Positions 10,194 to 20,082 of a DNA stretch of 64,000 nt are shown piece by piece. The stretch is from an uncultured Gemmatimonadales bacterium. Its GTDB lineage: Bacteria > Gemmatimonadota > Gemmatimonadetes > Gemmatimonadales > GWC2-71-9. Below the pieces are notes generated by a model. It was given only the letters and a program-made list of their open reading frames with translations, did not search any database and had not been told where the DNA came from. The stretch spans positions 1 through 64,000 of the forward strand of contig CAWGED010000005.1 in the NCBI GenBank assembly GCA_963821525.1. The letters are read 5' to 3'. The first letter of the stretch is position 1. The number at the start of each line of letters is the position of its first letter. The position numbers and the translations under genes were made by a program.

Positions 10194-11091
10194 GCGGTCA
10201 GTGAAATCACTTTCGGTCGTTGTTCCCTCGGTCAACGGCTGGGGTGATCTCGAAGGGTGCCTGCAGGCGCTCGAAGGACAGAGGACCGATGCGGACCTGG
10301 ATGTGCTCGTGGTTGATCGTATCGGTGATGGGATCCGTGAGCAGGTGCGTCAACGCTTCCCGCGAGTCACGGTGATACCGGCGCCTTCGGAGACGACGAT
10401 TCCTGATCTCCGGGCCATGGCGTTCGAGCGGGCCCGGGCGGACTCGGTGGCAGTGATCGAGGACCACGTCATCGTTCCCGAAGGATGGGCCGCGCAGTTG
10501 CTCGCGGCACAGGCCAGGGGCGAGGAGGTCGTGGGCGGTTCGGTCGACAATGCGGCAACCGCGCGGCTGGTCGACTGGGCGGCATTCCTCTGCGAATACA
10601 GCCAGCTCCTCCCGCCACTTCCGGAAGGGCCGGTTCCGGGACTCACCGGGAACAACACGGTCTACCGGAGGTCGCTGCTGGAAAAGCACCGGGATGCCAC
10701 CCGGGCCGGGCGCTGGGAGAACTATCTTCATGATGCCCTGCGCCGCGATGGGGTAGTCCTCTATCAGCGCCCGGAAATCCGGGTGGGTCACAAGAAGCAC
10801 TACACCGTGTGGGAGTACCTCTCTCAACGGTTCCTCTACGCCCGATCCTATGCCGGCGTCCGGGTCGAGGGAGCCCCACTACCTCGGCGCTTGGTTTACG
10901 GTCTCGCGGCACTCGCGCTGCCGCCGGTTTTGTTCCTCCGAGTGGTCCGAACCGTATGGAGGAAAGGACGTCATCGCTCGGAGTTGTTGCGCTCGATCCC
11001 TCTTCTCACGCTCTTTGTGTCTTCCTGGGGGCTGGGCGAAGTGGTCGGCTATTGGTTTGGAGCTGGCGACGCATTGAGCAAGGTCTGCTGA
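10177..11091 (+). CDS. GT2-family glycosyltransferase
   Basis: LSVVVPS, VAVIEDH, VVGGSVDN, GNNTVYRR, C-terminal hydrophobic helices. Confidence 0.8.
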   Translation: MPTSAERSVKSLSVVVPSVNGWGDLEGCLQALEGQRTDADLDVLVVDRIGDGIREQVRQRFPRVTVIPAPSETTIPDLRAMAFERARADSVAVIEDHVIVPEGWAAQLLAAQARGEEVVGGSVDNAATARLVDWAAFLCEYSQLLPPLPEGPVPGLTGNNTVYRRSLLEKHRDATRAGRWENYLHDALRRDGVVLYQRPEIRVGHKKHYTVWEYLSQRFLYARSYAGVRVEGAPLPRRLVYGLAALALPPVLFLRVVRTVWRKGRHRSELLRSIPLLTLFVSSWGLGEVVGYWFGAGDALSKVC

Positions 11092-11152
11092 GGACACAGA
11101 TGCGACAGATCCTGAGTCCGTATATCGATTCCCAAGCAGTTGCGGAGGCACG

Positions 11153-12645
11153 GTGACCGGTCCAACACCAGGGGCGCGTCAGGTAACCCGGATCAAGCCC
11201 GGCGACCGCACGGTCGTGATCGGGGCGGGGCCGGCCGGTCTGACCGCGGCCTATCTCCTCGCCAAGGAGGGGTATGCCGTCACGGTGCTCGAAGGCGATG
11301 ACATGGTGGGAGGGATTTCCCGCACTGCGCAGTACAAGGGCTTCCGCTTCGACATCGGCGGCCACCGCTTCTTCACCAAGATCGCGCCGGTAGAAGCGCT
11401 GTGGCATGAGATCCTGGGAGACGAGTTCATCAAGGTGCCCGCGCACTGTCCCGCATCCACTACAACGGCAATTATTTCGACTATCCCCTGAAGGCCGCGA
11501 ACGCGCTGAAGGGTCTTGGCCTCTGGAACGCGATCCGAATCGTCCTGAGCTACCTGCGCTCGCATTGGTGGCCCAATCCGGTCGAAGAAAACTTCGAGCA
11601 ATGGGTGACCAACCGCTTTGGTCGGCGGCTTTATCTGATCTTCTTCAAGACCTACACGGAGAAAGTCTGGGGAATTCCCTGTACCGAGATCCGTGCCGAA
11701 TGGGCCGCGCAGCGGATCCAGGGACTGTCGCTCGCCAAGGCGATTCTCTCCGCCGCGGCGCTCAATAAGCGGTCCACGGCGATCAAGACGCTCATCAACG
11801 AGTTCGAGTATCCCCGGCTGGGCCCCGGCCAGATGTGGGAAATGACCCGCGATCGCCTCGTCGAGATGGGTCATCCGGTTCACATGAAGCACTACGTGAC
11901 GGCGATCGAGCTCAAGGATGGGAAAGCGGTAGCGGTGCGCGCCTCGACACCCGACGGCGAGAAGCGGTTCGAAGCCGATCACGTCATCAACACCATGCCG
12001 GTCCGCACCCTCGTGCGGTCGCTGCAGCCCGCGGCTCCCGCCGCCGTGCGAGAATCGGCCGAGGGGCTGGGCTACCGGGATTTCCTGGTCGTGGCCCTGA
12101 TGCTGGACCGGAGCGATCTCTTCCCCGACAACTGGATCTACATCCACACGCCGGGTGTCATGGTGGGGCGGATCCAGAACTTCAACAACTGGAGCCGAGC
12201 CATGGTGCCGGTGCCGGGGATGACCTGCCTGGGAATGGAGTACTTCTGTTTCGAGGGAGACGGCCTCTGGGCGAGCCCCGATGCGGACCTGGTGAAGCGC
12301 GCCGCGACCGAGCTGGAAGCGCTGGGTCTGGCGCGAGCCTCGGACGTGAAGGACGGCACAGTCATCCGGATGCCCAAGGCTTATCCGATCTACGATTCGA
12401 AATACCGCGATTGCCTCGACGGCGTTCGGCGCTTCATCGATCCGATTCCGAACCTGCATACGGTTGGGCGCAACGGTATGCACAAGTACAACAACCAGGA
12501 TCATTCGATGCTCACCGCGATGTTCGCAGTGCAGAACATGAAGGGAGCCTCGCACGATATCTGGGAGGTAAATACCGACTTCGAGTACCACGAAGAGCAG
12601 AAGCTGGAGCCGAAAGAGGTCGGAACGGTCCCGGCAGGACGGTGA
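11153..12645 (+). CDS. FAD-dependent oxidoreductase, UDP-galactopyranose-mutase-like, 1 frameshift (about 11445)
   Basis: VIGAGPAGL, GFRFDIGGHRFF, YTEKVWG, WAAQRI, AYPIY, GRNGMHKYNNQDHSM. Confidence 0.8.
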
Positions 12646-12649
12646 CCGC

Positions 12650-13829
12650 ATGCGCATCGGGGTGGACGCCACCTGCTGGGCCAACGGCCGGGGATACGGC
12701 CGCTTCACCCGGCAATTACTCCCGGCGATGGCCCAACAGGCGCCGAACGACGAGTTCCAGTGCTTTCTGGACCCGGCGGCGTTCGAGCGATTCGACCTGT
12801 CGGGACCCAATGTGCACCCCGGTCCTGGTGGAGCAGGGGACGGCACCGACGGTGGCCGCCGCGGCGAATGGCTATCGTTCGCCAGGCGACATGTTGCGCC
12901 TCTCGCGGGCGGTCTGGCGGGCGCATCCCGACGTGTTCTTCTTCCCTTCGGTCTACACCTACTTTCCGCTTCCTCCGGGCCAGCGAGCCGTGGTGACGGT
13001 GCACGACGCAATCGCGGAGCGTTTCCCCGAGCTCACCCTGCCCACCCCGCGCGCACGATTGTTCTGGAAACTCAAGGTGGGCCTCGCTCTGCGTCAGTCC
13101 CGTCTGGTCCTCACGGTTTCGGATTTCGCGGCCCGGGAAATTGCCGAGGTGCTTCACATCGCACCGGAACGGATTCGCGTGGCCGGCGAAGCTCCCGCTC
13201 CCGACTTCCGGCCCTCCGACTCGAGCAGGGATATTCAGGCCGCCGCCTTCCGCGCCGGAATGCCGCCCGGCGCCCGGTGGTTCGTCTACGTCGGCGGATT
13301 CAATCCCCACAAGAACGTGGATGCCGTGGTGCGGGCTCACGCGGCGCTGGTCAAGGAGGCTGGCTCCAGCGCACCGCATCTCCTGCTGGTGGGCACCATC
13401 GACAAGGACGTCTTCCATGGCGATCAGGCGACGATTCGCCGCGCCATCGCGGAGGCAGGGACCGATTCGCTGGTGCACTGGACCGGCTTCGTTCCCGACA
13501 GCGAGCTGCGGCACCTGCACAGTGGAGCCGTGGCCCTCGTCCTGCCGTCGGCCAATGAGGGGTATGGATTGCCGGCGGTGGAGGCTGCCGCCTGTGGTGC
13601 GCCGGTGATCGCGACGACGGCGAGTCCATTGCCGGAATTGCTGGAGGGCGGCGGGATCTTCGTGCGGCCGGGAGACGAAGCGGCCCTCCAAGCAGCGTTC
13701 CGTACCATGCTGTGCGATGAAGCGGCCCGCACGGCCATGGCTCGCGTCGCGCGGGAGCGTGCCAGCCAACTCTCCTGGGAGCGAGGGGCAGCGACGACTC
13801 TCGCCGCCTTGCGCGAGGCGGCCGCGTGA
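12650..13829 (+). CDS. GT4 glycosyltransferase, 1 frameshift (about 12820)
   Basis: MRIGVDA..GYGRFT, VTVHD, TVSDF, VGGFNPHKN, PSANEGYGLPAVEAAACG. Confidence 0.9.
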
Positions 13830-15145
13830 CCGGGCTCAAGTTCTGCTTCCTTACCACCTTCTACCCGCCGTACAACTTTGGTGGCGACGGCATCGGCGTT
13901 CAACGACTCGCCAGAGGGCTGGTCAAGGCGGGGCACCGGGTCACGGTGGTGCACGATGTGGATGCCTACAACCTGCTGCACAAAGGCCCGGAACCGGCCG
14001 ACGTCCAGGAGCCCGCGGGTCTCGAAGTGGTGCGGCTTCGCAGTGGCCTGGGGAGCTTATCGTGCCTGCTGACTCAGCAGCTCGGCCGTCCGGTGGTCAA
14101 TGGGTCGCGCATCCAACGAATCCTTGACCAGGGAGAGTTTGACGTCATCAACTTTCACAACGTCTCCCTGGTCGGCGGGCCGGGGTTGCTGGCGTACGGA
14201 CGGGGTCTCAAGCTTTACATGGCCCATGAGCACTGGCTGGTGTGCCCTACTCACGTGCTTTGGCGCCACGGCAGGGAGGTCTGCACCGGCCGGGAATGCG
14301 TGAGGTGCCAGCTCCACTATCGGCGGCCGCCTCAAATGTGGCGCGGTACCGGTTTCCTGGAGCGTCAGCTCCACCATGTTGACGCCTTCATCGCGATGAG
14401 TGAATTCAGCCGGGCGAAGCACCGCGAGTTCGGCTTTCCGCGGGACATGGAGGTGCTGCCCTACTTCCTGCCGGACCCCGAAGCTGGCGGCGCCAAAGTT
14501 GGGGGTGCGTCGCCTCATCCGAGGCCATATTTCCTCTTCGTTGGCCGGCTGGAAAAGATCAAGGGTCTGGACGACGTGATCCCGGTGTTCGGGGAATACT
14601 CCGGCGCCGACCTGGTGATCGCGGGAGACGGGGAATACGCGGCAACCCTGCGCGAACGGGCAAAGGGACTGGCGCGGGTGCACTTCCTCGGCCGAGTGGG
14701 GCTGGACGAGCTACGGCGGTACTACGAACATGCCGTGGCACTGATCGTCCCTTCGGTGTGCTTTGAGACTTTCGGCATCATCTTGATCGAAGCGTTCAAG
14801 CAGGGCACGCCGGTCATTGCTCGAAGGATCGGGCCCTTCCCCGAAATCGTCACGAGTTCGGGCGGCGGCGAGCTCTTTGCAACACAGGAGGAGCTGACCG
14901 CCGCGATGAGGCGCCTGCAGGAGAATCCGGAACACCGGGCCCGCCTGGCTCAGGCAGGATACCAGGCATTCTTGCAGCATTGGTGCGAGAGCGCAGTGGT
15001 CCCCGCCTATCTGGACATCGTGGCGCGGGCCGCGAAAAACAAGGGAGATTCGCAGGTACTCCAGAAGTTGGGCGGCAGGCCGTCCGCCACCAGCCGTCAG
15101 CCGTCAGCGGCGACTGGTGCGACGACGGTGCATTCCGACGGCTGA
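13826..15145 (+). CDS. GT4 glycosyltransferase
   Basis: FYPPYNFGG, HEHWLVCP and Cys cluster, FVGRLEKIKG, PSVCFETFGIILIEAF. Confidence 0.9.
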   Translation: MTGLKFCFLTTFYPPYNFGGDGIGVQRLARGLVKAGHRVTVVHDVDAYNLLHKGPEPADVQEPAGLEVVRLRSGLGSLSCLLTQQLGRPVVNGSRIQRILDQGEFDVINFHNVSLVGGPGLLAYGRGLKLYMAHEHWLVCPTHVLWRHGREVCTGRECVRCQLHYRRPPQMWRGTGFLERQLHHVDAFIAMSEFSRAKHREFGFPRDMEVLPYFLPDPEAGGAKVGGASPHPRPYFLFVGRLEKIKGLDDVIPVFGEYSGADLVIAGDGEYAATLRERAKGLARVHFLGRVGLDELRRYYEHAVALIVPSVCFETFGIILIEAFKQGTPVIARRIGPFPEIVTSSGGGELFATQEELTAAMRRLQENPEHRARLAQAGYQAFLQHWCESAVVPAYLDIVARAAKNKGDSQVLQKLGGRPSATSRQPSAATGATTVHSDG

Positions 15146-15156
15146 AGGCTGACGGC
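15081..15156. repeat. Inverted heptamer repeat element (CGTCAGC)n ... (GCTGACG)n spanning the GT4 stop codon
   Basis: gccgtcagccgtcagc (15093-15108) pairs with gctgaaggctgacggc (15141-15156) at 15 of 16 positions. Confidence 0.7.
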
Positions 15157-15167
15157 GCGAGGTAACC

Positions 15168-16144
15168 ATGAAAGTCTTCATCTCCGGCGGGGCGGGTTTC
15201 ATCGGCTCCCATCTCTCTCAGCGGCTATTGGAGCGGGGAGACAAGGTGCTCGTGCTCGATGACCTGTCCACCGGCAGCATGGACAACATCTCGCACCTGA
15301 TCGGGAAGCCGGGGTTCGAGTACCGGGTAGGGCTCGGCGCTCGACTCGCCCCTCGTCTCGGAATGCGTCGACCGGTGCGATGTGACGGTGCACCTCGCCG
15401 CCGCGGTGGGCGTCCGGCTCATCGTGGAAAAGCCGGTTCATACCATCGAGACCAACGTTCGGGCCACCGAGACGGTGCTCAATGCCGCGGCCAAGAAGCA
15501 GAAACTGGTTCTGCTCGCCTCGACTTCCGAGGTCTACGGCAAGAGCGAGAAAATTCCCTTCAGTGAGGATGACGACCTCAAGCTGGGCCCGACTATCAAT
15601 TCCCGCTGGGCCTACGCCTGCTCCAAGGCGCTCGATGAATGGCTTGCTCTCGCATACTATCGAGAGAAGGATGTCCCCGTCATCATCGCACGCTTCTTCA
15701 ATACCGTGGGTCCGCGGCAGACCGGGCGGTACGGGATGGTATTGCCGAACTTCGCGGCCCAGGCGTTGGCAGGAGAGCCGATCACGGTCTATGGAACCGG
15801 CACTCAATCCCGCTGCTTCGGCCACGTGAAGGACGCGGTCGAGTCGGTGATCCGTCTGCTGGAGACTCCAAGTACCGATCGGGAAGGTCTACAACGTCGG
15901 CGGCGATGAAGAAGTGACAATGTACCGGCTGGCCGAAATGGTCCGTGATGCAGCGGGAAGCAGCTCCGAAATCGTTCTGGTTCCCTATTCCGAAGCCTAT
16001 GCGGAGGGCTTCGAGGACATGCAGCGTCGAGTTCCCGATCCGCGAAAGCTCGAGAAGGCCATCGGGTTCCGTCCCCGTACACCGCTGTCCCAGATCATTG
16101 CGGATGTCGTAGCGGACCAGAGGGCCAGATTGGCGGCGAAGTAG
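15168..16144 (+). CDS. NAD-dependent epimerase/dehydratase (extended SDR), 2 frameshifts
   Basis: SGGAGFIGSHL, DDLSTG, HLAAAVGV, ASTSEVYG, YACSK, RFFNTVGPRQ. Confidence 0.9.
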
Positions 16145-16149
16145 ACCAC

Positions 16150-16899
16150 ATGCGCGCAATCCTGACCTATCACTCCATCGACTCCTCGGGCTCGCCAATT
16201 TCGGTGTCGCCCGCGGCATTCCGGCAGCAGGTAGAGTGGCTGGCGTCGGGAAGGGTCCGGGTGGTGAGCCTCGAGGAATTGCTGAGGACTCCGCAGGGCG
16301 AGGACGCGGTCGCGCTCACTTTCGACGATGGGTTCGTCAATTTCGGCACCGAAGTGGCGCCGCTGCTCAAGGAGTACAGCCTGCCGGCTACGGTGTTCAT
16401 CGTGGCGGGCCAGGTTGGCCGGACCAATGACTGGGGTGGACGGGCCGATCCCCGAATTCCAACACTGCCTCTCCTGGGTTGGGAGCGGTTGGCGCTTTTG
16501 GGAGAGCGGGGCGTGCGGCTCGGCGCACACACCATGACGCATCCCCACTTGACCAAGCTCCCGCCTCACGCGCTGGAGGATGAGCTTGCCGGGGCGGCGG
16601 AACTGATCCGCGAGGAAACGGGCCGCCGGCCCGACGAGTTTGCCTATCCCTATGGCGACGTGAATCCGGGGGTCGCCGCGGCGGTTGCCAGAGTCTATGC
16701 CCGGGCCTGCACCACCGAACTGCGGGTGATTCGCCCTGGGGACCGTCCCGAGCTGCTTCCCCGGCTCGACATGTTCTACTGGCGTGAGCCGGGGCGGCTC
16801 GAGGCGTGGGGCAGCGCCCGGTTCCAAGGCCGCCTCTGGATGCGAGCCCAGGCCCGACGGCTGCGGGAACGACTCGTTGCGGGGAGCTCTCGATGGTAA
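16150..16899 (+). CDS. Polysaccharide deacetylase (IcaB/PgaB-like CE4)
   Basis: ILTYH, LTFDDG, ATVFI, GAHTMTHP, FAYPYG. Confidence 0.9.
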   Translation: MRAILTYHSIDSSGSPISVSPAAFRQQVEWLASGRVRVVSLEELLRTPQGEDAVALTFDDGFVNFGTEVAPLLKEYSLPATVFIVAGQVGRTNDWGGRADPRIPTLPLLGWERLALLGERGVRLGAHTMTHPHLTKLPPHALEDELAGAAELIREETGRRPDEFAYPYGDVNPGVAAAVARVYARACTTELRVIRPGDRPELLPRLDMFYWREPGRLEAWGSARFQGRLWMRAQARRLRERLVAGSSRW

Positions 16900-18004
16900 C
16901 CCCGGATCGTCCGCTGCTCTCGGTCATCGTACCGGCGCATAACGGGACCAAAGTCCTGCCTCTGAGCCTTCCTGCGCTGGCGGCGAGCGATCTGCCCCGG
17001 GCCTGCTGGGAGTTGATCGTGGTTGACGATGCCAGCAGCGACGCGACCGCTGAACTGGCGGCCTCCTACGCCGACCTGGTAGTTCGCCTGGCGGGGGCAC
17101 CGCATGGGCCCGCCTACGCCCGAAACCGCGGCGTCGAGGTGGCGCGCGGCGATGTCGTCGCGTTCATCGATGCCGACGTTGTCGTCCACCCGGATACTTT
17201 GCGCCGGATCGCCTGGCAGTTCGCCAACGATCCCGAACTGGGCGCCGTCTTCGGCTCGTATGACGACCGGCCGCCCAGCCCCGGTCTGGTTTCCCAGTAC
17301 CGCAATCTTCTCCACCACTACCATCACCAGGAGAATCCTGGCGAGGCCGAGACGTTCTGGGCCGGGTGTGGGGCGGTGCGCACCTCGGTCTTCCGCGACG
17401 CGGGCATGTTCGACGAATGGCACTACCGCAGACCTTCGATCGAGGACATCGAGCTCGGGCATCGGATCCGGCGGCTGGAGCGCAAGATCCTGCTACGGCC
17501 CGAAATCCAGTGTTCTCATCTCAAGCACTGGACCCTGACCAACGTGCTCCGGACCGACCTGCTGGACCGCGGCATTCCCTGGATGCGGCTGCTGCTGCAG
17601 GAGGGCAAGCTGGGCCAGCGCACCTCGCTCAATCTCAAGACCATCGAGAAGGTCAAGACGGGCCTCACGGGCATAGCCGTCGCGCTGTGTGTCGTCAGCC
17701 GCGCTGACCCGGCAGCCGCGCTGGCTCTTCGGCGTGCTGGGTGCCTCGCGCTGGTCTGGCCATGAGCGCGCCAGTCTACCGATTCTATCACCGGACCAGG
17801 GGTCTCTGGTTTACCCTGAGGATTATTCCGCTCCACCTCTGTTACTACCTGCTGAACGGCCTCGCCGCGGGTACCGGCTGGTTCATGCACCATATGATCG
17901 GCGCGCCGGCCCCGACCCCGGAGGTACAGGCCTTCGCCGAGGTGGGACTCCAGACCTGGCCGCCGCTGCCGCGCAAGGCGCAGGGCAGCGCATGGGGCCG
18001 CTGA
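16893..18004 (+). CDS. GT2 glycosyltransferase with C-terminal TM region, frameshift near 17700
   Basis: SVIVPAHN, VVDDASSD, GPAYARNRG, FIDAD, FDE..IEDIELG. Confidence 0.88.
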
Positions 18005-18023
18005 GGCGAGGGTATATATTTCC

Positions 18024-18422
18024 ATGACCGCTCTCCCAGACCAGAGGATGGCCTCAAGACCCTCGCTCGGCGATGGATCGCTGCCGCCCCAGCTGGCCCT
18101 CGCGTTCGCGCCGCTGCATAAGCGGGCGTTCGGGACGGCGCTCGGCTTGGCCTGTGGTCTGCTCTTCTTTGGATTCACCGCGATGTATCTCATCCGCGGT
18201 CCAGTGGAGGGAACCAATCTCTGGCTGCTGGGGCAATACTTCAAATTCTACCGGGTGACCTGGCCCGGTGCGTTCATGGGGTTCGTGTGGGGCTTTGTGG
18301 TGGGCTTTGTGGCTGGCTGGTTCATCGCGTTCTGCCGCAACCTGATGCTCGCGATCTCCATCTTCGTGATCCGGGCTAAGGCGGACCTGAACCAGAGCCA
18401 TGACTTCCTGGATCACATCTGA
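18024..18422 (+). CDS. Small membrane protein, paralogue of the next gene
   Basis: Hydrophobic helices with Gly-rich patterns; LLGQYFKFYRVTWPG. Confidence 0.7.
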   Translation: MTALPDQRMASRPSLGDGSLPPQLALAFAPLHKRAFGTALGLACGLLFFGFTAMYLIRGPVEGTNLWLLGQYFKFYRVTWPGAFMGFVWGFVVGFVAGWFIAFCRNLMLAISIFVIRAKADLNQSHDFLDHI

Positions 18423-18443
18423 CCGCACTGAAGCGAGCCAAAC

Positions 18444-18742
18444 ATGACCGAGAATGAAGAATCCCTGAATGTCGCCATCCTTCGCCTGAACGGACGAGCC
18501 TGGGGTATTGCCGCGGGGATGTTGCTCGGCGGCGGGCTGTTCATTGCAACCAACATTCTGGTCCTGAAGGGCGGACCGACGGTGGGGAAGCACCTCCGAC
18601 TACTGTCGGTGTTCTTTCCCGGCTACAGCGTGACCTTCGTGGGCAGCGTCATCGGCTTCATCTATGCCTTTGTGCTGGGCTACGCGGTCGGACGCCTCAT
18701 CGGCGGGTGTATACAACAAGCTGGTGGGGCCGCGCGACCTGA
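18444..18742 (+). CDS. Small membrane protein (3' end uncertain, frameshift)
   Basis: RLNGRAWGIAAG, LLSVFFPGYSVTFVGSVIG, continues GVYNKL in another frame. Confidence 0.65.
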
Positions 18743-18752
18743 AGCGGGTCGC

Positions 18753-20082
18753 TCAATCGGCTGCGGTTACCGTGAGGGCTCCCGCCGCCGGAACCGTTAT
18801 AGCGAGTGCTTTGTTGGGCTGCACGCTCGCGACCGATGCCTCCCTTCGTTGTCCGTCCGCCCCCGCAAACGTGATCGCGTAGCTCCCTGGCGGCAGCCCC
18901 GTAAGGTCGGCCCGCGCGGCACCGGTGGAACTGATCACGGTGACGAAGCGCCGTCCGGTCGCCGAAAGGCCACGGGCACGAGTTCCGGATCGTCACTCGT
19001 CGCTTCGACCCGAGTGGCTCCCGGCCGCACGTAGTTGAAGAACTGCGCCAGCGCCGGAGTGCGGTGTCCCACCTTCCAGGTTCCTACGGCACTGTCTGAG
19101 TAGAAATAGTTTGCGCCGTTGTCGCCGCCGTGCGGGCCGACCAAAGTGTATTGCGCCCACGCCGACACATTGGCTTTGGTGAGATCCTCGGCAAGCTCCC
19201 GGTGATCGGCTCTTATGTGCTCCAGCATCGCGGTAGTCCAGCCATGGTCCTTGCTGAGGCTCCGCAGCTGATCGAATGTCGCCGCGACGGGGGTGCGGTA
19301 GCGGTGGTAGGAGAGCTCGGTGACGTACCCGGCGGCCCCCGGATGGTTCAGGGCCTTCTGGACGTATTCCGGTACGAGATTGGGGTCCAGGGTCGACGGC
19401 ATGCTGAACCGCATCTTTTGGAACCCGGCTTTGCGCGCGGCATCGCCGGCGGCGACGAGATACACGCCCATCTGGTCGGGGCTCATCCTGACCTTGCCGT
19501 TGTCGGGCTCCAGGCGCATTTCCCAGACGTCGGGCTCGAGCGGAACAGAATAGGCCGTCTTGAGATGGTTGAGCACGGCCAGCATGAATTCCACGTACTC
19601 CGCGGGATTCTCCTGAAGAAACCGGCTGGAGGGCTTGAATCCCACGAAGCAGACGTTCAGCACGAAGCGGTCGCCCCGGGCTTCGACCCGCGCTTTGATC
19701 GGCAGGACGTAGTCTTTGACATGGCGGTCGAAGATCTGCCACCAGAATCCCTCGGGCACCATCACGTTCGGGATCGTCGTTGTCGTTGGATCCGATGGCG
19801 AGCTCCGGCGGGTAGTGGGTGTGATCCACGGACTCGATCACGTTGCCCTGGGCCTGGAGCCGCAAGCCGGGTGATGCCGTACTGGTCAACCGCAACTCCG
19901 ATAAGCGAATCACGTGACGCGGGGTTCAGGCCATCGTCATCGATCGCAAGCGTGGCTTCCCACCCGTTGATCGTCTGGTGAGTGCGAGTCGAATCGATGG
20001 CGATCCGCGCCGTGCCTTTGGCTCCGCATCCCAGCACGAGCGTGACGCCGAGAAGCGCAGTGAGTTTCGGAATGTGGCTCAA
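18753..20082 (-). CDS. Lipoprotein with GH30-like (clan GH-A) barrel and C-terminal beta-sandwich, frameshifted
   Basis: Lipobox LVLG-C; HQTINGW, MRLEPDN, ELSYHRY, MLEH, QFFNYVRPGATRV, VAFRRPDG; ORFs 19762-20082, 18935-19765 and 18753-18938. Confidence 0.65.

Noticed and set aside
11835..13829. 664-aa ORF as a single protein
   Set aside because: The N-terminal part is an off-frame shadow of the flavoprotein; the GT4 starts at 12650 with a frameshift
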